Below, in pieces: positions 33,601 through 45,600 of a DNA stretch of 64,000 bases. Source of the DNA: Podarcis cretensis (Eukaryota). Under the pieces are notes generated by a model that saw nothing but the letters and a program-made list of their open reading frames with translations, ran no database searches and was not told the origin of the DNA. How positions within the stretch are numbered: the stretch's first letter is position 1; each line of letters opens with the position of its first letter. A program made the translations under genes and the position numbers. The stretch spans positions 36,332,001-36,396,000 of the forward strand of contig OX638162.1 of assembly GCA_951804945.1 (NCBI GenBank), in the 5' to 3' direction.

Positions 33601-36600
33601 AGGCTCCCTAGGCTTGCGGATAGCAGTCTGCATCTCGAAGCCTGGGGCACGCTGCACAGCGCGCCCCGGGCTTCGGTTCCCCGACCTGGTTTGGAGGCTG
33701 GCGGTGGGGAGAAGCGCGCTTCTCCCCGCCGCCAGCCCCACAAGCTCGGGGGACAGCGGGGAGGCGCAGCACCGCCATCCCGCTGTTCCCGGACCTGGTT
33801 TGGGCTTCAGGCAGATATCGCAAGCTGTGGGAGCCCAGCGGGAAGTCGCGCTGGTCTCCCAAGGCTTGCGGAGAGCTGCCTGTTCTGGGGGCTGGGGTCG
33901 GGGGAAGCTCAGCTTCCCCCGGCCCAGCCCCACGCCGGGGGAGGGAATATATTTTTTCTTTATCTCCCCCCCCCCCCAAAAAAAAAAAAACTTGGTGCAT
34001 CCTATGGGGTGAAAAATACGGTATATACCCAGCTTGCAAGTTTGTATTAGCTTATATACCAAAGAAAACTAATTATACAATCCTGGCAATAACCATCTCG
34101 GATTTCTCTTTAGACTTGCCAACAGAGTAGCTAGAATGTGATTTATTCAGAAGATGCATTTCCAGTCTGTGTTGGCTGGTGTACTCAACTTGTGAAATCG
34201 TTAAATATGAGTTCAAGTTAGAATTTGCATGTAGCTTTGTGGATAGACTTCGATGATTATTTAGTCATGTGCTAATATAGTATGTTAGGTGATCACCAAA
34301 TATTGAGAGATGTGCTATAAAGAGGGATGGCAGCAGAGTGAGTGAGTGAATGCCAGCCTAACTTAATCTCATAATAACAACAACAACAACAACAACAACA
34401 ATCAACTTGGTGGTTGCTTGTTCTGTATGCCAGTGTTGATTCTTGGTCTTTTGCTTCCAGGTTTGTGTCTCGTACAGCAGCTTTCGGCCCTTCCTTAATT
34501 GCTTTGCTTTCTTATTGGCAGGAATGTTGTTTCCTAGCCCTGTAAATAGGTCCAAGATTAACATGGGGACTTGTGTAATGGCTGTTAATATCAGTAAAGT
34601 AGGGGGAATGGTTCCCTACATGTGACCCATGACAAACTTTCAAAAACTGGTGCTTGCTTGAACTTTTGGATCTGCAAAGTGTAGTGCTCACTTTGTAGAA
34701 CAACTTTGTTCTTCTCTAATTTCTATGAGCCAGCATGGTTAGTAGCCATAGATTATGGAAGTTGTAGTCAAGTAACCCCTAGAGGGCCACACAGTTCCTC
34801 CACTCTTGGTTTATGGACAGCAAAGCCAGTAAAAGGAGTGGTGTTAGGAGTATCATTGAAGTAAGCATCGGCAGGGATGATAGGCATTGTAGTCCAACAG
34901 CTTCTGGAGGGCAACAGATTGGAAAAGCCTGTCCTAAGGGAAAGGGGCATTTGCGGTCTGTCTTCCCCACCAGGAGAAAGGTAATTGCTTTCATTTCCCT
35001 TTGTGCTTTCTGATACAACTTCTACCTACACTAGCAGGAGAAGATGAATTTTCAGTGGCGTGAAGTCAGGGTTCCACAAATGCACTTGCCAAATTGCTGT
35101 TGCCGACTGTGAATCTAATTAAAACACACCCACAAACTCAAATCTCAGCACATGATATCTCTTCCCCTGCATTTTTTTTGTACAAATGTAAATAATAAAA
35201 CATGACGTGACTAACAAAAAATGGATCACTAGGGAAGTAAAATACTAAACATTATTTTATAGTACATAATAATCAGGTAATTTCAATAAACCAGTAAAAT
35301 GAATTCTTCAATAAATCAAATTAGAAAACACAGAGTAATACGGGAAAATTAATGAATAGTACCTGTTTATCTATGCTATATTGCAATGTATGTGTTATTT
35401 TAATTGTATATTTAATAAAATCACACCATACCTTGTAAAACTACTTGTTTCTCTGTCCCCTTGCCACCTACAATTTTTTGCGACAGCTTTTCCATTGTTT
35501 CCCAGACTATACTATACCAGTGATCAATATTCATTAAATTCAAGGTTTTCCAAGTTCTGGCTATTACCGTGCTAGTTGCTTTTAATAAATGTGTTATTAA
35601 TTCCTTCCTAATTTGTCCATATCTGGAATATATAAATTAAGTAAGGCTAATGCTGGTGTTACTGGAATTGTCTGAGCTATAATCTGAGATAACCCTTTTA
35701 AAACTTTCTTCCAAAATTCTACTTTTTGTGGACATTCCCACCACATATGTTGGTATGTACCTATAATTTGGCATCCTCTGCAACACAACAGAGAGCTATT
35801 TGGCTGTGTATAAGATAGGCACCTCAGTGTTAAATAACACCCATTCAATTTTTAGTGAATATTCCCTAGGATTTGCTGACATATTTATATGGTGCTTTGG
35901 TCCATATAAAAATTCTATTTATCTTCTTCAATGTTTATATCCCAATTTAAATCCCACCAGCTTCTTATATTTTGTTTTTTATAAAAGGGAAAGTAATCCC
36001 TTAGTCCTCTTCCCCTGCATTATGGTGGCAGGGGGGCTTGTTTTGTGCCAAGCAGGAAATACAGACCTGCCCTTCCCTCAAATCTCCCAGCACTTGTACA
36101 GAGGATTTGAGGGAAGGGACCAGCTGCTCACTTTGGGTTGGTGTTTTCATACATTTGGAAGCATCAGAACTCTTTGTATTACAGTTTGAAGGTACTGAAA
36201 AGCAGTGAGAAACTGACACATTTTCTCTCCAAAGCTGCTTTTTTTGTTGGGTGTCATGGAAAAAAGGTCATTGGTCATCTGCAAGTAACAGCTGGCTAAG
36301 ACCACCAGCTAAAACTTGTAGATTCATGTATGACACCTCCCTATAAAAAAGACTCCATATTTTTATGCACCTATATACACCTTTCATATCTAATCCCAAA
36401 TCTGCCTTTTTTCTTGAGTTGCGTTTTTTAAAGTTAAGCTTGAATGTTGCTAACTGCCGGTTGGCTATTTTGTTGCATGTTTTGTTGTTACCTATTTAAT
36501 CATGTATTCATGGGTGTCATTAGGGTTGGACCAGTTTTTAATAATGAATGAAACCATAGCAAGATTTGGATTACAAGACTTCCATCTACATATTGTATAA

Positions 36601-39600
36601 TATTGAATTGTCTAGGAGGTGTAAGTATCTGTGTCAGTTTCACTTCTCAGCAGTGATGTAGGGCTAAAATATTTTCATTTCTAAAAATTCATTGCTTTGT
36701 AAAATTCATTAGTTGATGCCAGTGTAACATTAGACAAACATGTTTTCTGCATGGCAGTTTCAAAGTTGTAATAAAATGTTTTTCATGTGATTGTTCTTAG
36801 AAAATGGAAGAGAGTACATTTTGTTTTGTAAACAGGTAAAATACAAATACAAACAAAGCATGAATTCATCAGATTGGCTGTGCAGTTAAAATCAATGCCA
36901 AACCTAAAATCCATATAAACTTGGGGCTGCAAGTGTGTTTATATTTAGTTGAAGTCAAATATTCAAAATCAAATTATGCTCTGTTTAAAGCATCAATATT
37001 TTTCTAACTAAAAATTATCTGGAAAACCCGCATCACTGCTTCTCAAATAGTAATAAAGTATGATGTTTGTCTAATCCAGTGCATTTAGCCTATCTCAGTT
37101 GTTAACTTCAGGTTCCAAGCAGCCTTAAAGTGCACAGCTTGACCAATAACTGCTGGTAGAATTTGAAAAATATGAGGGGCCTGATCATCTAGGCCAGTGT
37201 TTCTCAAACTTGGGTTGCCAGGTGTTGTTGGAGTACAACTCCCTAGCTGGCAGGACTAGTGGTCAGGGATGATGAGACTTCTAGTCCCAACAACAGTTAA
37301 GACCCAAGTTTGAGAAACACTGGTCTAGGCTAAGAATTATGGCATTTCCCCATTCTTTAGGACTTGCTGCTTAATTTGATTCTGCCACCTAATTCATGGA
37401 AATCCTTTCCCCCCACCAAACCATGCCTATTAGTCTTTCTCCTGTGTGGACTAGCTGTTTCCACCTTGAGCTACCATGGTGTTTGTAACTTGTCTTATGA
37501 TGGCTAAGTGTGCAAACTGTCACCAAAGCTCTGCAAACTATTGCTTAGAAATATGATTGTGTGAGGGAGCTTAAGCTTTGGGTTGGCAGTGGATCCCCAG
37601 GTGTTTCATATTGCAAGAAACTTAAATTATTTATTTTATTATTTAGTATTTTATACAGTATGGACAGGATCCAGAGTTCCTGTGAGTCAAGTCAAGGCAC
37701 TGGATGCTCCTGCTGTAGGAAGGGGGGAAAGTGATTTCTCTCATTTGCTTCTTCCTCGCCCTGGGTCCCCCGAAAATCTGCTCCAAAAGGAACGTTGGCA
37801 ACTGTATCAGAGGAACTGCAGGAAGGGGAAGAGGAATCAGCTAATATATTTCTGCTCCCCTCCCCCCCCTTTGGGGGGGGGGAGCCTCCATAGGCACTCA
37901 TCCTCGTCTGCAAATACAAGGCACATTCTAGTCCCAAGCCTCTGTCTTTTAGCATATAATGATCTGTGCAGTCTATTATCTCTTGCAGTCTAAGCCCAAG
38001 TTACACTATTGCTTTTTCTTTCTTTTTTTGTAAACAAGCCTGTGGAGTCATGGAAACAGACTATTTTGATAGAGCTTAGCAGTATGGCTTGCCTGTGCTG
38101 GTTTAATCTAAACTGAGATAAACAGGCTTTAAGTCAAGGACTATGCATCTTGTGTGTTAAACTATATGAATTTAAAACGAGCTTTATGATAAGTTGTTTT
38201 ACATGGATTTTGTAGACAGCAAGGAAAGGCAACATAAATATAAGCAATAGCCTCGATATTGTGAATAACATTCATTGGAAACCGCATTTATGTATATTAT
38301 CTAGTAGACTACAAAATCAGGACCATTATTGCAGTGTTTTGTGGTTACCTTAGGTGATTACTTAATCTCTGCATTATTATTTTTCTAGACAACCCTCCAT
38401 TCCTTGGGTTAAAAATTATTCCCAAAATTTGGTTTGTGTAAGAGTTTGAGGCAAAATCCTTCATATTCTTTGCCCAACCTAGGCCCTAGAAGATTTGGAA
38501 CCACTGAAAAAGATCCACAAGATATTAACATGATTTGTGGAAGCATCATGGAAAAGAAGCTGAATAGACATTGTGAAGTGTGTATAACCTGTTTTTCAGA
38601 TTGTACTCAAGTAAAAACATAGCACCTGGACCTCTGAGACTTGGTCTTTCAATCAATTGTACATTATACACCAACATTTTCTCTGCTTGGACTATTACTA
38701 GAAATGGTATAACAATCAGACAGTGAACTATTGGCATATAATAGCTAGGGCAAAACATATCCTGTGCCCCTTTATTTCTGACAAGTTCCAGTATTTGAGG
38801 TACCTTACTGCTGTGTGCACTCCATTTCCCTTCCATGTAAAGTAGTTGCATGAACAATTCAGAATAAGTTACTTAAAAGTGACTGCAGCACATTCTTTCA
38901 TGAGAAAATCATTAGGTTTCCATATTTAGCAGCGTTAAAGAGAACCTCAATACATGAAGCTAATGAAAATGCACATTCTTTGACCAGCCTGAAACAAACT
39001 TAGATTTTTAGGGCTATTTTCTTAAATGCGTCCTAGTAAAAAAAAGTCAGAAAATGTTGCAGATAACCTTTTCCCCGGGGGGGGGGGTGTCAGACAGGTA
39101 TACAGTGGTACCTCAGGTTAAGAACTTAATTCGCTCTGGAGGTCCGTTCTTAACCTGAAAGTGTTCTTAACCTGAAGCACCACTTTAGCTAATGGGGCCT
39201 CCCACTGCTGCTGCGCGATTTCTGTTCTCATCCTGAAGCAAAGTTCTTAACCCGAGGTACTATTTTTGGGTTAGCGGAGTCTGTAACCTGAAGCGTCTGT
39301 AACCCGAGGTACCACTGTATTGCCTAAAATAAAATGCAGAGGTTTGGGGTGGTAGACAACAAAGTTTTAGTCAGAGTAGATCCTTTTAAATTAATTAATG
39401 TCATTAAGTTAGGCCTATTAGTTTCAGTGAGTCTACTCTGAGTAAAATTTAGTTGAACGCTACCCTTTAAAAACCTGTTTTCTAAGTACTTTTCCCAGTT
39501 GACCTCCAGGCAGGGCTCACCAGTGTGTTGCACTTAAGATGTCATTGAACTCCCAATTCCATCAGCCCCAACCACCACAGCCAAAGGTCAGAAATGTTGG

Positions 39601-42600
39601 GAATTAGCGTCCATTGTCCAGTAACATCCAGAAGGCACAACATTGGCTTCTTATATGTTAGCTCATATTTTATTGTTTGTAGAATCTTAACTTCAAACCA
39701 TTTCTGTTCTGTGACAATGGAAGATGTATAAAACCATTCACCCTACCTAAGCTAAGGGCCTAGTGATACTGTGAGCATATGTAATCTGTTTCCCCCCTTC
39801 ATTTTCTATGGGGTAGTATCTCTAAGGAGTACAACATGGTGTGTGTGGAGAATTTTGTAAGCTGTAAACTTAAAACTCGCATGCCTGTCTTTTGTCATGA
39901 ATACATGTCTAGATGAGACCGTGTGCTCCAGGGAGCAGTTTTCATATGTAATCATGTAGATAGATGTCAATGTTATTCCATATATGGTAGCTCTCTTTGT
40001 GAGGAAACAGTCAAATGTGAACAGTCCTTGGATCTGGACTCTTCAGATATTGTGGGACCCAAGAGATCCTATTTTAATTTGAAAGTAGTGCATTTAAGGA
40101 ATTGCTAGCTTTGATCTGGGATTCGATGGATAATACAGTTATGAAATTCAACCTGGTATGGTCCTGAGGCAATCTGTAGTCCTTGCAAGCTAAACATGCA
40201 TGCAACCAATTTATGCAGGAGAAATGAAAAGGGGGTAGTTGAAAATTTAGGAAAACCAAGCATGTTTCTGGTTTATTTTTCTGGTTGCTTTATTTGTCCT
40301 ACTGACATCTGCCCTTGGGAGGCTTGTCACAAGGATTGTAAATAGCCACTGAGCTGAATGCCTGTGGCAAAAAAGAATTCCCTTCAGGTGAAGAAGCTGG
40401 GAAATTTGATGATTAAAAAAAGACTGATTTTGCAGGCAGTCCAGCAAATGTGTCTGGATATGTTTGTAAGTCAACTTGTTATGCATGGGAACATGCACTC
40501 AAGAAGATATTAGCAAGATTTTGCCTCAGTTCCAGGGAAGAGGACATTCTTTAGCATCCATGGAAGAATATTGTCCTGGATTCATACTTCCCCCCCTAAA
40601 TTGCTCTCAGTTTTCTTTTCTAGTAGTACTGTGTAAGTGAAGAATGTTGAAGAGTTGCTGCGGTTTGTCATAGCCATTGGCTGACTTCTGGTTTTTCTAT
40701 AGGGGGAAGCTGGGCCGATACCCTCCTTGGCCAGGAAAGGTGAGTTCTAGTGTGCACTTCACTTGCTTTTTGGTGTTCTCTTTATTGGGGTAACATATTT
40801 TTATTAATGTCAAATGCAATGTGTAGATCTACATTTCCTGCAATTAACAGTTGACCCACAGCATGTTGCATAAACCAAAGTGAATGTAGACCAGTTTAGG
40901 TGGGTTTTGAAATCAATTGTACTCCTGGATGTAGCTACTTAGCCCTTTTTCTGTCTTTCTGAAAAACTGCTTTCCCTTTTTTCATAAATAAGCCCTGACA
41001 CCACCCTCAAATAAAATGTGCAATCAGATCTTATGAATGAAATAAGTCCCATTTGTGTTCAGAGGGACTTTCACTCAGATGACAATGAATAACTGCCAAA
41101 GGAAAATTTTGAAGGCTAAAGATTTATTTGTAAATGTATTTTTGTTTTGCAAAAGCTCCAGATTTAGGCCTAAATAATATCCACCAGAAAGGGACGCAGG
41201 TGGCGCTGTGGGTTAAACCACAGTGCCTAGGACTTGTCGATCAGAAGGTCGGCGGTTCAAATCCCCACGACGGGGTGAGCTCCCGTTGCTTGGTCCCTGC
41301 TCCTGGCAACTTAGCAGTTTGAAAGCACGTCAAAATGCAAGTAGATAAATAGGTACCACTCCAGCGGGAAGGTAAACGGCGTTTCCGTGCACTGCTCTGG
41401 TTCGTCAGAAGCAGCTTAGTCATGATGGCCACATGACCCGGAAGCTGTACGCCGGCTCCCTCGGCCAATAAAGCGAGATGAGCGTCACAACCCCAGAGTC
41501 AGCCACGACTGGACATAATGGTCAGGGGTCCCTTTACCTTTACCTTTACCTTTATCTTTAATATCCACCAGAAGTTCCATGATGTTATGCTGAGAGATGC
41601 CATGCTGGTGGAATCACACATAGTTGGCCTGGCGTGCAGTTGCTGGGGGCAGGCTCTTGGGGGCCCTGTAGAGATTAATCGGTTCAACCAGGCTGGTGAA
41701 AAGGAGTTGCTCAGTGGCATGGTGTGTCCATGTCATTCGTACCTTACAAAGCTACTCAGTCTTGTTCTCTTGTGCCGTTACTCTAGACCTGTAGGAAAAG
41801 CATGCTCATGTACCATAATTCATTGCTTGGGTTTGATTCTCTTATAGAAATGCTGTCAGCCTGGTTTTTCATTCTCTGGCCTCTCACAGTTCTGTGTATA
41901 AAAGAATGGAACATCTTAGCAAAATTTTAGTAGGAGGATCTCAGTGTGGGCGTTTCAATATCAATTCAGTATCTGTGTGCTAGAATCAAAGGCACAGTTA
42001 CTGCAGTTACTTTATTTCATTATTTGATATATCACCGATTAGTATAGTGTTTGATTACTTCCATTCACTCGGATAAATGATTGACAAGTGTGACAAATGT
42101 CTGGATTTATCTCCTGAAAAGCTGGTGCTTTTGTAGCATTTACCTTGCAATCAGTTTGTTACTGTAGGGATAATTACAGTCTGTCCTGATGCTGTGCTGT
42201 GTATGGTGTACTTAACTATGCAAAGCCTGTTGCAGAATTACCATCTAAACTTAGTCTATATCAGCGTAACTGGCGTGATTGTGAGGCATCATGCTTTGAA
42301 CTGCATAATACACAGATAGCCGCATTTGCTCGTTGATTGACATGAGTGGTGCAAGTTGTTAGGGTACATCCTAGTGACCCAGAGTCCTAAAACGTGTTAC
42401 ACAAGTAGTTTGACATAATTGATTTCCAGAAAAATCTCAGAATGAGATATTTTTACATATATCAGTAAAAACATGTTACATGCATTTTTGTAATAAGCTT
42501 AGCCCAAAGTTTTAAGAGTAGCACTGCACTCAGGAATATGGGCCTTCTTTTTCTGGCGTGAATATACCTTTAGTTACAAGGTATTCCCCCCCCCCCCCGC

Positions 42601-45600
42601 CGCCAATAATCTTGTTTCACAACAGTCTTTACCAATACATGCAAAGATTTTGGAGCGGGTTGTGTGTGTGGAGAATGTTTGAAAAGTTCTGTTTTTATTA
42701 CCTCTAATTGTGGCTTCCTGTGTTTCTCTCTCAGATTGTTAACCCGCCTAAGGACCTGAAGAAGCCTCGTGGGAAGAAGTGCTTCTTTGTGAAGTTTTTT
42801 GGGACTGAAGATCAGTATGTACCCACTTCTTTTCTGCCAGGGGGATCTATTTTTAAACTTTAGAGCCTTTGTAGAAAAGCTGGCACAGTAAAAATAGTCT
42901 TAATTTATCAGCTAGCAGCAGAAACCTCTAGAGCCTATGTGCTGGTCAAGGCTGAAGAAGCTGATGTACCAGCTTACCTAGGCATCAGAAATGTCCATAG
43001 CTTTTTAAAGACAGTTTAACACACATCCACATTCCCTGCATTAGGAAGAATTTGACAGCATGTAGTTGGCATTGAGATTTATATCAAGGCTGGGGAACCT
43101 GTGGCCCTCCAGATGTTGGACTTCAGCTCCCATCAGCCCAGCTAGCATGGCCAGTGGTCAGGGATGATGGGCATTCTAGTCAAGTAATACCTGGAAGGCT
43201 GCAGGTTTAATGTTTGGTTTGTTAATTTGAAAGTCAGACTCACATATTGAATATTGTTGCAGTTGACATTAGTGATGTCCAGTGAAATAGGAAGAAACTG
43301 GTTGGTGTAAAAAAACTGAAAAGCAGTCTAGTTCATTCTCTCCCCGCCCCCATCAAAGGCAGGCATTTTTGACCATCTTCATTTGCAAAATTCAAACTTC
43401 TGGGTTCCATAAACAAGTGGAGCAGGAAGTAAAGAGGTACCTCTGTGGCATGTACAGAGAACCAAGGGAAGAGGTCAGGCATTTGCCTCATGGTGGATTT
43501 TGCAAACACTTTGGTCTGCACAGCCCATTGGTAACTGCGTGAACAATCCCGGGATAACCTTCTATATTGTATCATAATCATCCATCCCTCTGTTTCTGCT
43601 TCAAGTCTTCCCGTGCTTGAGGAGCTGGAGCCCAAACTGCATCAACCACGTACAAGAGAGAGGTATTAGCAGATTCAAGATACAATAGAGGTTTGCGGGT
43701 GCTCAGTAATCTTCAGTGGAAAAAAACAACAAAGGGCTTTGGGAAATCCCCCATACATCCCCATAAGAATTCAGTGATACAAAATGTTGAAGGAGGAAAA
43801 ATAAAAACCTGATAACCATGTGGAAGGAAAAATTTAATGAGGAGTGAACCAAAAGTACTCCATGTTGCTACATTTTGTTGTAGGTTGCACTTATACAAAG
43901 TATTTCTACTGAGATATATGGACCAATGATCTGATTCTGTAAGCACCCACACATGATAATTTCATTTAAAAACTGGGCCATTGTGTCAATATTCAACACA
44001 TTATGCTTTAGACAACAGCATAAACTCCTCCTTTATACTTGCTTTTTCTTTTTCTGAAGCTTAAATATTTGGACTGACAGTGCCACACGAGAGAGTGCTT
44101 GTTTTCTAGTCAGGTATATGTCCTCTAATAATTGGGGCATACCTGTCAGTGCTTCAAGGCTGTTGTTATTCCTCACCCTTAGGTAGTTCCATTTTTTGTA
44201 AATTCTTTAAACCTTACATTTTTATATTGTTGTAACCTGCTATGGGAGCTTATGGTGAAGAGCAGGTAGGAAATAATACAACATCATGAGATGGGAACAA
44301 AAAAGCAGAAGGGAGAAACTGCAGTATGCTTTTATGTGCTGTGGAAACTTTTGAAAAGTGGGTCGAATGGTCTGGAATTCTGTTTAGTTCCAGCATAGAT
44401 TAATGAACAGATTGCAAATGAAAACGTTGATGTACCAAACCAAATAGCAGTATGGCATGTAGTTTATAATATAATTCGGTGAAGGAGGTTGGCTAAAGAG
44501 CAAGCCCGGAGGAATGTATTAATCATGTCCTGTTGAATGATTTCTGTCTGCTGAGCAGTGGATATTTCATTCAAGTACAGGCTACATCTTATGTATAAGG
44601 GAAAGGGAAGATATAAGCAGGGCTCTGTGTGCTGCAATTTGAGGGGGGCATAGAAGATTGTATTGCAAAAAAATAGTTTCCTGAGGCAAGCACAGTAAGT
44701 TTCTAGCCCTTACTGCGTTTATAGAAACAGGAGAGTTGATGCAAAGTACATTTATACTTTAAACTGTCCTGTCATCCTTGGCTGAAGGGCAGTATATAAA
44801 ATTATTTAAAAAAAAATAAGCATTTCTATGATGCAGAATTTATTCTTATCACTTAACTGGGATAAGAGTGGGATTTTAAAAAATCATTTAGTAAACCTTT
44901 GTGACCTGTGTCTAATCCTCAGGTGAGCCTTTGAGTCACAGTCATTCACTTTAAGTGGGAATTTAGTTACCATCTGACAAAGTGTGATAATGCTCTGTTA
45001 ATCCTGGTTATCTCCTCCAGTTTCTGTAATGGAAACAAAGCAGTACCTCCAGTAATGAAGCAGCATTCAGGCAAGTGCCCTCCACCCATACTTTTGAGGA
45101 AAAACAACATAAACCTGAAGTAGTCAAGGAAAAAACCCAATGTACCTTTTGACAAACTAATTTACAGCAACAATAACTAATAATAATAATAAGTTGGTTA
45201 ATTATACCCTGTCCATCTGGCTGGGCCTCCTCAGCCACTCTGGGTGGCTCCCAACAGAATATTAAAAACACGATAAAACATCAAACATTAAAAACTTCCT
45301 TAAACAAAAACTATATGATGTTTTTCACCACTCAAAGTACTTTACATGTGTTTTCTTATTGTAGTCTTTAACAAACACCCTGTAAGGTAGATCAGTATTA
45401 TCCCCAAAGTGCAAATAGTGAGGGGAGACTGAGATTGTTAGGCTGAATTCATGGTAGAGGTAAAGTTTGAACCAGGGTCATCCTTACGTAGTTTAGCCTC
45501 TTATCTACTGTTCCACACCAGCTCTCTATGTATGATTAGGAACATCATATTATAGAGCCATTTGGGAATACGACTTAAAACTGTAGGTCTTGCCAGATGC

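Noticed and set aside
33400-34062. Stacked 143-216 aa ORFs on both strands
   Set aside because: They fall in the GC-rich interior of a TIR-bounded non-autonomous transposon; no transposase motifs (DDE/D or HTH).
34440-34545. Acceptor-like tract (tcttttgcttccag) in GLYR1 intron 1
   Set aside because: No matching donor identified; such tracts are common in long introns.
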